DNA of 64,000 bases from an uncultured Azospirillum sp. (GCA_964416335.1 CAYQDN010000014.1:15107-79106), one strand, 5' to 3'; positions 48,076-59,397 are shown, counted from the stretch's first letter. Program-made: numbers and translations. Notes: generated by a model not told the origin, from the sequence alone.

Positions 48076-48771
48076 TCAGGCGTCGACGTTCTCGTCCAGT
48101 GCGTATCCAGCCGAGCGGACAGTCCGGATGATGTCCGAGTCGCCGGGCGAATTAATCGCCTTGCGTAGGCGCCGGATATGCACATCGACCGTCCGCGGCT
48201 CGACATAGATATCGCGGCCCCAGACGGCGTCGAGGAGCTGCTCGCGGCTGTAGACCCGCCCGGGCCGTTCCAGCAAAAACCGCAGTAGCCGGAATTCGGT
48301 CGGCCCGAGATGGATCGGCCGGCCGGACCGCAGCACGCGATGCGCCGAGAGATCCATCACCAGATCGCCGAACGTCAGCAGATCCTGCGCCGTCGACGGC
48401 TTCGAACGCCGGAGCACGGCGCGGACGCGCGCGATGAGCTCGGACGGGCTGAACGGCTTTGCGACATAGTCGTCCGCACCCACCTCAAGCCCGCGGATCC
48501 GGTCTGTCTCTTCGCCGCGTGCCGTCAGCATGATGATCGGAACCTCGCGCGTTTCCGCCTTCCTCCGCAGCTGCCGGCAGACTTCGAGGCCGGAAATATG
48601 CGGCAGCATCCAGTCGAGCACGATCAGATCGGGCGGTACCTCGGAAACCGAAACGAGTGCCGCTTCCCCGTCATTGGCGACAGAGACACGGAAGCCTTCC
48701 TTCTCGAAATTGTACCGAAGGAGCTCGACGAGCGCTGCCTCATCTTCGACGATCAGAAGCTGTGGTTTCAA
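48076..48771 (-). CDS. phoB: Phosphate regulon response regulator PhoB (OmpR family)
   Basis: A receiver domain (LIVEDE, D in VLDWMLP) and a winged-helix C-terminus. The probable start is TTG (rc of 48769-48771), with an AGGGAG RBS 6 nt upstream. The track ORF extends to 48870. Confidence 0.8.
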   Translation of the reverse strand: MKPQLLIVEDEAALVELLRYNFEKEGFRVSVANDGEAALVSVSEVPPDLIVLDWMLPHISGLEVCRQLRRKAETREVPIIMLTARGEETDRIRGLEVGADDYVAKPFSPSELIARVRAVLRRSKPSTAQDLLTFGDLVMDLSAHRVLRSGRPIHLGPTEFRLLRFLLERPGRVYSREQLLDAVWGRDIYVEPRTVDVHIRRLRKAINSPGDSDIIRTVRSAGYALDENVDA

Positions 48772-48781
48772 TGCGATCTCC

Positions 48782-49504
48782 CTACGCCTGCTTTGGCTCT
48801 GCCGAAACGACGGCAAAGTTGGATGCATCGCCCTTCGGGCGCGCCTCCCGGAGCGGCACGCCGCGAACAAGGAAATGGATGGTCTCCGCGATATTCGTCG
48901 TGTGATCGCCGATCCGCTCGATGTTCTTCGCGATGAAAAGAAGATGCGTCGAGCCCGAAATGTTTCGCGGATCCTCCATCATGTAGGTCAGAAGCTCGCG
49001 AAACAGGGACGAATACATTTCGTCCAGTTCCTCGTCGCGGTTCCAGACGGAAATGGCCTTGGTTACGTCGTGGGACGCGAAAGCATCGAGAACGTCCTTC
49101 AGCATCTCCCGGACCATCGCCCCCATGCGCGGGATCGAATGGATAGGGCGAAGCGGCGGTACCTGCGCCAGAACGCTCGCGCGTTTCGCGACGTTCTTGG
49201 CATAGTCAGCCGCCCGCTCAAGATCGGCGCCGATGCGCAGCGCGCCGAGCACGAGCCGCAGATCGCTTGCGACCGGTTGGCGAAGCGCCATCACCCGCAG
49301 CACCTGGTCATCGATCTCGCGCTCGAGATCGTCCACGCGAACATCCGCACTGACGACGGATGCCGCCAGCTCGGCATCGCGCTGGATAACGGCCTGAATC
49401 GCGGTCGCGATCTGCGTCTCAACCAGGCCGCCCATGCGCGCGAGCAGGTTGGTCAGACGCTTCAGCTCGTCGTCGTAGGACTTCACGATGTGTTCGCTCG
49501 CCAT
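48782..49504 (-). CDS. phoU: Phosphate signalling protein PhoU
   Basis: The duplicated PhoU repeats and ERIGDHTTNIAE motif. Confidence 0.9.
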   Translation of the reverse strand: MASEHIVKSYDDELKRLTNLLARMGGLVETQIATAIQAVIQRDAELAASVVSADVRVDDLEREIDDQVLRVMALRQPVASDLRLVLGALRIGADLERAADYAKNVAKRASVLAQVPPLRPIHSIPRMGAMVREMLKDVLDAFASHDVTKAISVWNRDEELDEMYSSLFRELLTYMMEDPRNISGSTHLLFIAKNIERIGDHTTNIAETIHFLVRGVPLREARPKGDASNFAVVSAEPKQA

Positions 49505-49590
49505 TGTCTATACCTCTAGCCGCACAGGGATACCCGAGACCGCGGGCGCCATTCTGGCCCAATCGGTGCCCGCGTCCAAAGTCAACCGTC

Positions 49591-50442
49591 TCACCCGAAC
49601 CTTCCGGTGATGTAATCCTGGGTCCGCTTCTCCTTGGGCGAGGTGAACATCTCTGCCGTTTGTCCGAATTCGACGACATCCCCAAGATACATGAATGTCG
49701 TGAAGTCAGAGACGCGAGCGGCCTGCTGCATGTTGTGCGTCACGATAATGATCGTGTAGTCCCGCTTCAGTTCGTCGATCAACTCTTCGATCTTCGCCGT
49801 CGAGATTGGGTCGAGTGCCGAGCAGGGCTCGTCGAAGAGGATCACTTCCGGCCGTACGGCCACCGTTCGGGCGATGCACAAGCGCTGCTGCTGCCCGCCC
49901 GAGAGGTCCAATCCCGTCGTACCTAGCTTGTCCTTTACCTCATCCCAGAGAGCCGCACGCCGGAGCGCCATCTCGACCCGGGCATCGATTTCGGCGCGAG
50001 GCAGGTTTTCGTAGAGACGGATACCGAAAGCAATGTTCTCGTAGATAGACATCGGGAACGGCGTCGGTTTCTGGAAAACCATGCCGATCCGTGCCCGGAG
50101 CAGGTTGATGTCCTGACGCGGTGACAGGAGATTCTCGCCGTCGAGAAGCACCTCGCCGGTCGCGTGCTGCCCTGGATAGAGATCATACATCCGGTTAAGG
50201 ACGCGCAGCAGGGTGGATTTCCCGCAGCCCGATGGCCCGATGAACGCCGTCGCTCTGTTGGCATAGAGCGGAAGATTGATCCCCTTCAGAGCGCGGGAAT
50301 CGCCGTAGAAGAATTCAAGATTGCGGATTTCGATCTTCTTGGACATTCCCATGGAAGTGCTGAGCGCTGGCAGCGTATTGCCTTTTGCGGGCCAGGCAGG
50401 GGTGGTGGCGGGCGCGGAGGTGGCCGGAGATGCCAAGTTCAT
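49591..50442 (-). CDS. pstB: Phosphate ABC transporter ATP-binding protein PstB
   Basis: The sequence [12 protein letters not shown], Walker A motif GPSGCGKST and the PstB C-terminus. ATG 50442 abuts the pstA stop. Confidence 0.9.
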   Translation of the reverse strand: MNLASPATSAPATTPAWPAKGNTLPALSTSMGMSKKIEIRNLEFFYGDSRALKGINLPLYANRATAFIGPSGCGKSTLLRVLNRMYDLYPGQHATGEVLLDGENLLSPRQDINLLRARIGMVFQKPTPFPMSIYENIAFGIRLYENLPRAEIDARVEMALRRAALWDEVKDKLGTTGLDLSGGQQQRLCIARTVAVRPEVILFDEPCSALDPISTAKIEELIDELKRDYTIIIVTHNMQQAARVSDFTTFMYLGDVVEFGQTAEMFTSPKEKRTQDYITGRFG

Positions 50443-51293
50443 GACGATTTTCTCTTGGTAAGAGAGCGGGCAACAATGCTCAGCGACAGCACGGCGATCG
50501 TGATCAGAAGTGCGCCGGTCCATGCAAGCTTCTGCCATTCTTCGTAAGGCGACAGCGCGAACTGGAAGATAACGACCGGAAGGCTCGGCATGGGAGCGCC
50601 CATGTTGAGGCTCCAGAACTGGTTGTTGAGTGCGGTGAACAGCAGCGGTGCCGTTTCGCCGCTGATCCGCGCGACGGCTAGCAGAATGCCCGTCACGATG
50701 CCTGCACGGGCTGCGCGGTAGGCAATCCGGACGATCATGTGTGCGCGCGGCAATCCGATCGATGCCGCCGCTTCGCGAAGCGTATTCGGCACCAACGTCA
50801 GCATGTCTTCGGTCGTGCGGACGACGACCGGGATGACAATGACCGCCAGGGCGACAGAACCGGCGTATCCGGAAAAATGCCCCATCGGGGCAACCATGAC
50901 TTCATAGACGAAAAGCCCGACCACGACAGACGGCGCGCTGAGAAGGATATCATTGATGAACCGCACGACCGTCGCGAGTTTCCCGTGCCGGCCATACTCC
51001 GCAAGATAAGTGCCGGCGAGTATCCCGATTGGCGTGCCGATCAGCACCGCAAGGACCGTCATGACGAGACTGCCGGCGATGGCGTTGAGAAGGCCGCCGG
51101 CTGCACCGGGCGGCGGCGTCATCTCCGTGAAGACCGAAAGCGAGAGGCCGCCAAAGCCGTTGTAGAACAGCACGGCGAGAATGAGCGCGATCCAGCCCAA
51201 GCCGAACGCAGTCGCCGCATAGGCCAACGCCGTCGCGAGCTTGTTGACGGCGCGCCGCCGGCTGTAGATCGGGTTCTGGGGAGTAGTGGCCAT
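50439..51293 (-). CDS. pstA: Phosphate ABC transporter permease PstA
   Basis: PstA family. Confidence 0.9.
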   Translation of the reverse strand: MATTPQNPIYSRRRAVNKLATALAYAATAFGLGWIALILAVLFYNGFGGLSLSVFTEMTPPPGAAGGLLNAIAGSLVMTVLAVLIGTPIGILAGTYLAEYGRHGKLATVVRFINDILLSAPSVVVGLFVYEVMVAPMGHFSGYAGSVALAVIVIPVVVRTTEDMLTLVPNTLREAAASIGLPRAHMIVRIAYRAARAGIVTGILLAVARISGETAPLLFTALNNQFWSLNMGAPMPSLPVVIFQFALSPYEEWQKLAWTGALLITIAVLSLSIVARSLTKRKSS

Positions 51294-51296
51294 GCT

Positions 51297-52307
51297 CTAG
51301 CTCGCCTTCCGTTCGATACGCGACAGCAGATATCGCGCGAACGCCAATACCGTGAAGGTGATGACAAAGAGGATCAGGCCGAGTGCTACAAGCGACGAGG
51401 TGTAGAGGTCGCCGACGGCTTCCGTGAACTCGTTCGCGATGGACGCTGAAATCGTCGTGCCGGGCGCAAGGATCGAGCCGGATATCCTGTGCGCGTTCCC
51501 GATCACGAACGTGACGGCCATCGTTTCACCGAGGGCCCGTCCCAGGCCGAGCATTACGCCGCCGATGACGCCAACCCGCGTGTACGGGAGCACGACAGAT
51601 TTGAAAACCTCCCAGGTCGTGCATCCAAGCCCGTAGGCGGCTTCCTTGACCACCGGCGGAACCGCGTCAAATACGTCGGTCGAAATCGCCGTAATGAAAG
51701 GCAGCACCATGATCGCGAGGATGAGGCCGGCCGTCAGGACGCCGATCCCGTAAGGCGGTCCTGCGAACAGGGTCGAAAAAACCGGAAGGCCGTCGAACAG
51801 GTCGATCAATCCGGGCTGTACGTATTTCTGCAGGAAGGGCGCGAAGACGAACAATCCCCAGATGCCGTAAATGATGCTCGGAACACCGGCCAGAAGCTCG
51901 ATCGCCATTGCGATGGGCCGGCGGAGAATCTTCGGGCAGAGTTCGGTCAAGAAGAAGGCGACCATGATGCCGATTGGAACAGCGATGACCATCGCGATCG
52001 CCGAGGTGACCAGCGTGCCGTGAATTGGCGCCAATGCGCCGAATTTCTCGGTTACCGGGTTCCAGACTTCGTCGACGAAGAACGACAGGCCAAAGGCCTT
52101 GAATGCCGGCGTTGCGCCGATGATCAACGAGAGAATCACGCCGCTCAGAAGGGCCAGGACCACATAGACGGCAACTTGCGTCAGAATCCGGAAGGCCGTA
52201 TCGCCCAACCGGAGTCGCTTCAGCGCTGCCGCACGCTCGATCGCCTGGATGTCGCCCATAACTGCGCTGTTTAACACTGCCTGAGCCACGCTATCTTGCC
52301 TCGCCAA
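51297..52307 (-). CDS. pstC: Phosphate ABC transporter permease PstC
   Basis: PstC family. Confidence 0.85.
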   Translation of the reverse strand: MARQDSVAQAVLNSAVMGDIQAIERAAALKRLRLGDTAFRILTQVAVYVVLALLSGVILSLIIGATPAFKAFGLSFFVDEVWNPVTEKFGALAPIHGTLVTSAIAMVIAVPIGIMVAFFLTELCPKILRRPIAMAIELLAGVPSIIYGIWGLFVFAPFLQKYVQPGLIDLFDGLPVFSTLFAGPPYGIGVLTAGLILAIMVLPFITAISTDVFDAVPPVVKEAAYGLGCTTWEVFKSVVLPYTRVGVIGGVMLGLGRALGETMAVTFVIGNAHRISGSILAPGTTISASIANEFTEAVGDLYTSSLVALGLILFVITFTVLAFARYLLSRIERKAS

Positions 52308-52385
52308 AGCCGGTTGATTTCATCTTGCGCGCTATCGGGGTGGCGCCAAGCGGGCCACCCCGACGCTTGCGATACGGCAGGCTAC

Positions 52386-53432
52386 TCAGTTCGTCAGGGC
52401 AAGGAGCGGTTTGCCACCGGCATCCTTGATCTCGGAAATCCACATGTTGAGGACATCCGCCGAGACCTTCGCTGGCATCGGAACGTAGTCGAGATCGACG
52501 GCCATGCTTTGGCCCTTCGAGTAGGCCCAGGAGAAGAACTTCAGCGCTTCCTGGGTGGCCACGGCATCGGCCGGCTTCTTGTAGATCAGGATCCATGTGG
52601 CGGCGGTCATCGGCCAAGAGCCATCGCCCGGCTGATTGGCGAGAATAACGCCGTAACCCGGCTGCGACTTCCAATCGGCATTCGCGGCGGCAGCCTGGAA
52701 CGCTTCTGCGGTCGGGGAAACCGACTTGCCCGATTTGTTCAGCATCTTCGTGTAGGTCAATTTGTTCTGCTTGGCATAAGCGTATTCGACATAGCCGAGC
52801 CCGCCCTTCGTCTGCGCGACATTCACCGAGACGCCTTCGTTCCCCTTGGCACCGATACCCGCCGGCCACTGGACCGACGTGTTTGTGCCGACCTTGCTCT
52901 TCCAATCCGGACTGACGTCGGAAAGGTAGAAGGTGAAGTTGAACGTGGTGCCCGATCCGTCGGAGCGGTAGACGAGTGCGATCGCCTGCGAAGGCAGCTT
53001 CACACCGGGATTGAGCTTGGCGATCGCCGGATCGTCCCACTTCTTGATGTCGCCAAGATACATCTTGGCGAGCGTCGGACCGTCGATCAGGAGTTCACCG
53101 GGCTTGATGCCGTCAAGATTGACGACCGGCACGATGCCACCCATGACCATCGGGAACTGGGCGAGACCGGACTCGTCGAGTTCGTTGCCGGGCAACGGTG
53201 CGTCCGTCGCGCCGAACGTGACCGTCTTGGCCTTGATCTGCTTGATGCCGCCGCCCGACCCGATCGACTGGTAGTTGAGGCCGATGCCGGTCTCCTTCTT
53301 GTAGGCGTCGGCCCACTTCGCATAGATCGGATACGGGAACGTCGCGCCTGCGCCGGAAATATCGGCCGCTAAGACGGCGAACGATGGGGCCGCCAGGGCC
53401 AGCGCCGTCAGGACAATCCTAAAAATTTTCAC
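52386..53432 (-). CDS. pstS: Phosphate-binding protein PstS
   Basis: A signal peptide and PstS family sequence. Confidence 0.9.
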   Translation of the reverse strand: MKIFRIVLTALALAAPSFAVLAADISGAGATFPYPIYAKWADAYKKETGIGLNYQSIGSGGGIKQIKAKTVTFGATDAPLPGNELDESGLAQFPMVMGGIVPVVNLDGIKPGELLIDGPTLAKMYLGDIKKWDDPAIAKLNPGVKLPSQAIALVYRSDGSGTTFNFTFYLSDVSPDWKSKVGTNTSVQWPAGIGAKGNEGVSVNVAQTKGGLGYVEYAYAKQNKLTYTKMLNKSGKSVSPTAEAFQAAAANADWKSQPGYGVILANQPGDGSWPMTAATWILIYKKPADAVATQEALKFFSWAYSKGQSMAVDLDYVPMPAKVSADVLNMWISEIKDAGGKPLLALTN

Positions 53433-53634
53433 GAGGGGGTCTCCTTTGTTCGGGGCGCCGCCGATGGGAACCGGCGGCGACGCCTCTTCCTAACAAAGGG
53501 GTATTGCCGTTTTGTGACGCCCGGCGTCCGGCCGAAAACTAATCTGGGGTGACTTGCCCGAGGCACATTCAAAAAGTAATTATTATCAATAAATACAATA
53601 TCTTATGTTGAAATCCGATCTGCGCCCGACGCGG

Positions 53635-54456
53635 CTAGGATCGCCGGAGCATTGCGGGCGCATGGGCCCGGACGAGCGACTCGACATGCCGCGTGTCGTC
53701 ACCGGCCAGGACGTCGATGAGGCCTTCGGCGAGGGCCGCCCGGATCGGTCCTTCGATGTCGAGCCCATATGCCAGCCGAGCGGCGATCCGTTCGGGACGC
53801 GGCAAAGTCACACGTACAGCAATGCCGGCGGCGTGCAGGGCAAGCGCGTCGTCGGCATGGAACATATCCGTCTCGATCGCCACGGATGCAGCACCGGCAT
53901 TGCGCGCGACGGCAACCGGATCGACGTGACGCGCATGCGTGATGATTTCCGTTCGCAGGTCCGGAATGCGCGCACGCGCACGAAGGAGCGTCGGATGATC
54001 GAATGAGATCACCAGCACTTCACCAACCGCACCGAGCGAACCGAGCACCGCACCCAACCGCTCGATCATCCGGTCGGGCCGTTGGCGCTCCTTGATCTCG
54101 ACGAGCGTGCCGAGCCCGAACCGGCGTGCGGCGAGCAGCGCTTCGGCAAGCGTCGGGACGCGCGTTCCGGCGAATTTCGGATCGAACCAAGCGCCAGCAT
54201 CGAGCCTCTTTATCTCGGCAAGACCACGATCGGCCACGCGGCCGCGCCCATCCGTGGTTCGGTCGAGGATTTCGTCGTGCAGGAGCACGATCTCGTCGTC
54301 GTGCGTCAGGACGACATCGATCTCGCAGACGGTGGCGCCGTGCGCCGCCGCCGCCTCGATCGCTGCCAGCGTATTCTCAGGCGCGCCGATGCTGTGTCCT
54401 CGATGCGCGCAGACGTGGAACCGTCCGGCAGACGACGCAAGCGGGATGTAATTCAT
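53635..54456 (-). CDS. Glycerophosphodiester phosphodiesterase (GDPD/UgpQ-like)
   Basis: The GDPD catalytic motif HRGHSIGAPENTL and a TIM-barrel sequence. The track start at 54480 is an alternative. Confidence 0.8.
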   Translation of the reverse strand: MNYIPLASSAGRFHVCAHRGHSIGAPENTLAAIEAAAAHGATVCEIDVVLTHDDEIVLLHDEILDRTTDGRGRVADRGLAEIKRLDAGAWFDPKFAGTRVPTLAEALLAARRFGLGTLVEIKERQRPDRMIERLGAVLGSLGAVGEVLVISFDHPTLLRARARIPDLRTEIITHARHVDPVAVARNAGAASVAIETDMFHADDALALHAAGIAVRVTLPRPERIAARLAYGLDIEGPIRAALAEGLIDVLAGDDTRHVESLVRAHAPAMLRRS

Positions 54457-54466
54457 CAGCGCGCCC

Positions 54467-55522
54467 TCACCCGGCTTCAATCGTTACAGCAAGCACTTCG
54501 TGGTCGGAAATCGCAACACCCCTGGCGTCGACTGCGGCGATGATCGCCGGTTCGCAGCAGACAAGGCCGCGCGAGAACAGCCAGTCGATCTTTCCGAAGG
54601 GCGGCTCCGGGGTTCCGTCGGGGCGGGTGCGCTGCGTCGGGGCAAGCGGCACGTTGCAGGTATTCCAGTCGAAGCCCTTGCGCTGCAGCAGATCGAACAT
54701 CGGCTCGTAGGCCATCGGCGCCACGAGCCGTGTCGGGTCCACGGCAAGTGCGCGCGCAACGTGGGTCTTTTCGCCCTTGTCCACGCGCTCGAACGTGCTG
54801 GTGTTGAAATCGCCGCCGATCAGGACCGGCACTCCTGGCGCATGCGCGTCGATCTCGTCGATCATCTCTTGCGTCTGCAGCAAGCGGTCCGCTGGGCCGG
54901 TATGGCTCTCGTAGTGGACGGATGCGAGCAGGACTCTCGCACCATCCAGCCGGATCTCGGCCAGCATCGCGATGCGTCCGCCCACGCGCCGCTCGTGGAA
55001 GGCGCCGTCGAACCATCGGCCGGACGTTTCAAGCCGGACCAGCGTCGGGCGCGTCAATGCCGCACCCGACACGAAGCCGCCGCCATGCAGGCCCGACCGG
55101 TTCGGCATTCCTGCAAACGTCTTGCGCTCGCGCAGGTCGCCGAGCCCGAGCTCGATGAACTCGACGCCGAAGACGTAGCCCTGCCCGAGCGAATCCGCGA
55201 GATCGCGGATCGTATGGCGGTCCTGCGAGCGGACCATCCCGAGATCAAGCTCGCAAAGCATCAGCACATCCGCACCCAGCCCACCCAGCAGCGCTGCCGA
55301 CGGCGCCTCGTATTTGAGACGCTCGGCATTCCAGAACGCGATCCGCGCGCGCTTGCCCAGCGTTCGTGGCGAATTCGGCGCACGCACCTCGATCTCGTGC
55401 AGGACCGGGCTGGCATCGAATGCATGCCGGAAGCTATCGGCAACGACCGGCGCGTCGATGATCGCCTGGCGCGCCTCGACGGTCGGTGGAATAAGGCGGT
55501 CGGTCGTCTTCGTCACGCGCAT
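54467..55522 (-). CDS. Endonuclease/exonuclease/phosphatase (EEP) family protein
   Basis: The EEP fold motifs (LCELD, SDHEVL). Confidence 0.7.
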   Translation of the reverse strand: MRVTKTTDRLIPPTVEARQAIIDAPVVADSFRHAFDASPVLHEIEVRAPNSPRTLGKRARIAFWNAERLKYEAPSAALLGGLGADVLMLCELDLGMVRSQDRHTIRDLADSLGQGYVFGVEFIELGLGDLRERKTFAGMPNRSGLHGGGFVSGAALTRPTLVRLETSGRWFDGAFHERRVGGRIAMLAEIRLDGARVLLASVHYESHTGPADRLLQTQEMIDEIDAHAPGVPVLIGGDFNTSTFERVDKGEKTHVARALAVDPTRLVAPMAYEPMFDLLQRKGFDWNTCNVPLAPTQRTRPDGTPEPPFGKIDWLFSRGLVCCEPAIIAAVDARGVAISDHEVLAVTIEAG

Positions 55523-56340
55523 GCTGCGATTTCCTCAAGGAGCGGCCGGAGCTTGTCCGGATCGTTGCTCGTGACCTGGGTACAGCCGGCACGAACCAGA
55601 CGGGCAAGCAGGTCGCGCAAACCCGACCGGTCGGCGTCGACCGTCCAGACATCGACTTCCGCACCATTCTGTCTTACTGCATCGATCAGGTTCACGCCTG
55701 CGTCCAGTCCGCCGAGGACGAGATTCGCTTCCAGATAGTAGATTGCGGCATCCGGTGCCGTCGCGACGGTCTTCGCGGCAAGCGCACGATAGGCGTCGGC
55801 ATCTTCGGGCAACGTCCGCGGATAGAAATCGAGCGGGTCGAACCCGGCCTTCATCCCCGGAATTCCGGCAGCAAGGCGCGTCGGCATCCGCCAATCGCAG
55901 GCACCTGCGACGAACCGGTGTGCCGCATCGCCGATCGACCGGGTCATCCGTCCGAGCGTCGCGTCGTCGAATGCGTCGATGGGCGCCTTGACGTCGAGTT
56001 GCACGAGCCCGCCATCGGCCCGCCCGAAGCGGCGCACGGCCTCGGCGACCTCGTCGAGGAACAGGGGGGCGGAATCAACCGGCACGCCATCCGGCGCGCG
56101 CTGGCGCAGCGCCTCGATCTCCGAGCGCCGCAATGCCGCCGCCGGTCCCGTCCCCGTCGTTTCCCGGTCGAGCGTCCGGTCATGCAGGCAGAATGCGTGG
56201 CCGTCGGCCGTGAACTGGATATCGACTTCACATGCAGCCCCGGCCTCAAGTGCGGCCGCAAGATTCGCGCGCAGATGCCCCGGGTCTGATTTTCGACGGC
56301 GCAGCATGTGCCATTTGAGCCGCGGAACCGGCTTCGTCAT
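55513..56340 (-). CDS. Glycerophosphodiester phosphodiesterase-family protein
   Basis: GDPD-like sequence. It is overlap-coupled to the ATPase and EEP genes. Confidence 0.7.
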   Translation of the reverse strand: MTKPVPRLKWHMLRRRKSDPGHLRANLAAALEAGAACEVDIQFTADGHAFCLHDRTLDRETTGTGPAAALRRSEIEALRQRAPDGVPVDSAPLFLDEVAEAVRRFGRADGGLVQLDVKAPIDAFDDATLGRMTRSIGDAAHRFVAGACDWRMPTRLAAGIPGMKAGFDPLDFYPRTLPEDADAYRALAAKTVATAPDAAIYYLEANLVLGGLDAGVNLIDAVRQNGAEVDVWTVDADRSGLRDLLARLVRAGCTQVTSNDPDKLRPLLEEIAACA

Positions 56341-57398
56341 GGCACCGGATCGATCTTCGCCGTTCCGATCCGCCGGGACGTTTCCGAATTGAAAAGCAGC
56401 CCGCCCGAAAGATTGAACGAAAGCGAATCGCCGATCTTGAACCGGGCCTGTGCGCCCGGTTCGAGAACCCGAAGCGTTCCGAATGGCGAATCAAGATGGT
56501 AGATCGTCTCGCGTCCATGCGGCTCGAAATCGTGCACTTTGCCGCGGAACGGACCCGTGCCAAGACCGATCGCTTCCGGCCGGAGTCCGAGAACGCATTT
56601 CCCGTCGCCGGCACCCGTGACCCGCAGCGACGCTCCCCCGACGCGCAGCGTGCCGGCGGCGAGCGTACCGTCGAACAGGTTGATCGGCGGCGAACCGATG
56701 AAACCCGCGACGAACAGGCTGTCCGGCCGATGATAGAGGTCGTCGGCCGTGCCGATCTGCTCGATGCGGCCGCGGCTCATGCAGATGACGCGGTCGGCCA
56801 TCGTCGTGGCCTCGATCTGGTCGTGCGTGACCAGCAGCGTCGTCACGCCGAGCTTGCGCTGCAGGCCGCGGATCTCGCTGCGCATCGTCAAGCGCAGCGA
56901 CGCATCGAGATTCGAGAGCGGTTCGTCGAGCAGGAGAAGCTGCGGCTCCTTGATCAGCGCGCGTGCGAGCGCCACGCGCTGCTGCTGGCCGCCCGACAGC
57001 TGGCCGGGCTTGCGCTCGAGCAGCTCGTGCACCTGGACAAGGCGGGCCGATTCTTCGACGCGCGTGGCCGCGACATTGTCCGCGACGTCCTTGAATCGCA
57101 GCGGGAAGCGGATGTTGTCGCGCACGGTCATGTTCGGATAGAGCGCGTAGGACTGGAATACGATTCCGACGTTGCGGTCGCGCGCCTCGACATCGTTGAC
57201 GCGTTGCCCGTCGAACAGGATGTCGCCGTCGCTCGGCGTGTAGATGCCGGCAAGCATGAACAGCGTCGTCGATTTCCCGCAGCCGGAAGGCCCGAGAATG
57301 GCGACGAATTCACCGTCCCCGATCGAGAGATCCGTCGGCTCGACCGCCGCCACATCGCCCCAGCGCTTCGCAACACCCTTGAGTTCTATTTTTGCCAT
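56337..57398 (-). CDS. ABC transporter ATP-binding protein (UgpC/MalK-like)
   Basis: Walker A motif GPSGCGKST, signature LSGGQQQRV and a TOBE C-terminal domain. Confidence 0.85.
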   Translation of the reverse strand: MAKIELKGVAKRWGDVAAVEPTDLSIGDGEFVAILGPSGCGKSTTLFMLAGIYTPSDGDILFDGQRVNDVEARDRNVGIVFQSYALYPNMTVRDNIRFPLRFKDVADNVAATRVEESARLVQVHELLERKPGQLSGGQQQRVALARALIKEPQLLLLDEPLSNLDASLRLTMRSEIRGLQRKLGVTTLLVTHDQIEATTMADRVICMSRGRIEQIGTADDLYHRPDSLFVAGFIGSPPINLFDGTLAAGTLRVGGASLRVTGAGDGKCVLGLRPEAIGLGTGPFRGKVHDFEPHGRETIYHLDSPFGTLRVLEPGAQARFKIGDSLSFNLSGGLLFNSETSRRIGTAKIDPVP

Positions 57399-57402
57399 CT
57401 TG

Positions 57403-58467
57403 TCAGCCCTTGATGCCGCCGACCGACATCTGCGTCAGGTATTTCTGGCACAACGTGTAGAGGACGACCGACGGCAGCACGTAGAACACGCCGACCGCCG
57501 ATACCATCGCATAGTCCGTCCCCATCACGTCGTCGTACATCCAGAAGAGGAAAAGGCTCATCGTCCAGTTCGCCTTCTCGAAGAGCAGCGTGCGGACGAA
57601 GACGTATTCCTCCCAGCCGCGAAGGAACGCGAAAACGCCGACTGCAATCATCCCGACTTTGACCTGCGGCAGAACGACCATGAAGAACGCCTGCCGGCGG
57701 GATGCGCCATCGGTCATGGCACTCATCTCGATGTCCCAGGGAACGGCGTCGAAAAATCCCTTCATCACGAAAATGGCGAATGGAAGCTCCAGCGCCACGA
57801 TGACGAGAACGACGCCGGTCAGCGTGTCGAGCAGGCCGATCCAGTACATCATCAGGAAGATCGGGATGATCAGCGACATCGCCGGGAAGGCGTGCAGGAC
57901 CAACAGGCCCTTGAGGTAGCCGCCCCTCCCCTTGAAGTCGAACCGGGAAAGATAGTAGCCGGCAAACGTGCTGGTGATCACGACAAGCGCCATCTGGACG
58001 AGGGCAAGGCTGAGGGAGTTCCGGAAGGCAAGCCAGACGCTGGGATAGCGGTTCCCGACGCCGCCGAGCCCTTTCAGGTCGTCGGCGATATTCGCGTTCC
58101 ACAGGAACCGGAAATTGTCGGTGTGGAGATAGGGGCCGGTAATCGCTGCAAGCGCCAGTAACGTTACGGCGCCCAACGTCCACTCGAAAAGACGCAAGCG
58201 ACGCACGTCGTCGATGGCGAGCCTGAACATCGACCACAGCACGAGTGCTGGCATTGCGACAGCGAGCGTACGCCAGAGCACGACCGTCGATGTTCCCGTC
58301 CGGCCGGAGACAGCGACGGTGACCAGCCAGAGATAGGGGACGACGATCGGCAGCGAGCCCAGGATGAGGATCGTGTAGAGGAACGCAGTCGTCACGCGTC
58401 GTCGCGTACGGGCGCGCGAGACGAGCGCGCCCCAGTCCGGCCGGGTGTCCGTGGAGACGGCGCTCAT
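57403..58467 (-). CDS. Sugar/glycerol-phosphate-type ABC permease (UgpE-like)
   Basis: A 354-aa permease. ATG 58467 is coupled to the upstream permease stop by an ATGA overlap. Confidence 0.8.
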   Translation of the reverse strand: MSAVSTDTRPDWGALVSRARTRRRVTTAFLYTILILGSLPIVVPYLWLVTVAVSGRTGTSTVVLWRTLAVAMPALVLWSMFRLAIDDVRRLRLFEWTLGAVTLLALAAITGPYLHTDNFRFLWNANIADDLKGLGGVGNRYPSVWLAFRNSLSLALVQMALVVITSTFAGYYLSRFDFKGRGGYLKGLLVLHAFPAMSLIIPIFLMMYWIGLLDTLTGVVLVIVALELPFAIFVMKGFFDAVPWDIEMSAMTDGASRRQAFFMVVLPQVKVGMIAVGVFAFLRGWEEYVFVRTLLFEKANWTMSLFLFWMYDDVMGTDYAMVSAVGVFYVLPSVVLYTLCQKYLTQMSVGGIKG

Positions 58468-59375
58468 GTGACCTCGATGCGCGGTTTTTGGAGAAGGGCG
58501 CGCATGTCGAAGAAGCGCCAAAGGACAAGCGAGACGATCGTACCCGCGACCACGAGACCGAGCGAAAGGGCAGCGCCATAGGCGTATTGGCCGTTCTCGA
58601 ACGCGCGGCGGTAGACATAGAGCGCGTAGACGGTCGTGTCGAAGAACGGACCGCCATTGGTAATCAGCCAGATGTATTCGAAGCTCACGAGCAGCGCCAA
58701 GGCCTGGTAGATCGTCACAAAGCTCAGCTGCCAGCGGATCGCCGGCAGCGTGATGTGGCGGATGATTGCGAATCCGCCTGCTCCGTCCACCCGCGCCGCA
58801 TGGAACAGATGCTGCGGAATCGAGCGGATGGCGCTGGTGAAGATGATCATGCCAAACGACGCGCCGATGAAACCGTTGGCCAGCAGGATGACCAGCATCG
58901 GGGCATCGCTCTTGAGGTCGAGTGCCGCGATTCCGAAAAAGGCCAATGCCTGGTTGAGGAGACCGTAGTCGGTGGGCGCAATCACCCACGACCACAGCAG
59001 CGCGTAGACGACCGAAGGACTCATGCGCGGCAGGAACCAGATCGCCCGAAAGAAGGCACCGGTCTGGTCCGGCAGCGACGTCGTGACGAGTGCGAGCAGC
59101 AGGCCATAGGAGACGTTGAAGATCGCGAGCGTGCCGAGCACGTAGCCGAGCGTAACCAGCATGACGCTTGCCAGACGCGAGTCGCCGCCGAACATCCGCG
59201 CGAAGTTCGCCGTCGTCATCCCCGTGACCTGGAGATTCCGGCTCATGTCGGTGAAGGCGAGGCCGATATCGACGACGACCGGCAACATGAAGAATGCAAG
59301 CAGCAGAAAGGTCGCCGGGCCCAGGAAGAGGACCCGGTCGACCTTCCGCCGCACGGAGGAGCCGATGCTCGGCAT
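58464..59375 (-). CDS. Sugar/glycerol-phosphate-type ABC permease (UgpA-like)
   Basis: Permease family. Confidence 0.8.
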   Translation of the reverse strand: MPSIGSSVRRKVDRVLFLGPATFLLLAFFMLPVVVDIGLAFTDMSRNLQVTGMTTANFARMFGGDSRLASVMLVTLGYVLGTLAIFNVSYGLLLALVTTSLPDQTGAFFRAIWFLPRMSPSVVYALLWSWVIAPTDYGLLNQALAFFGIAALDLKSDAPMLVILLANGFIGASFGMIIFTSAIRSIPQHLFHAARVDGAGGFAIIRHITLPAIRWQLSFVTIYQALALLVSFEYIWLITNGGPFFDTTVYALYVYRRAFENGQYAYGAALSLGLVVAGTIVSLVLWRFFDMRALLQKPRIEVT

Positions 59376-59397
59376 TGTGCGCGGGCTTTCCGTCCGC

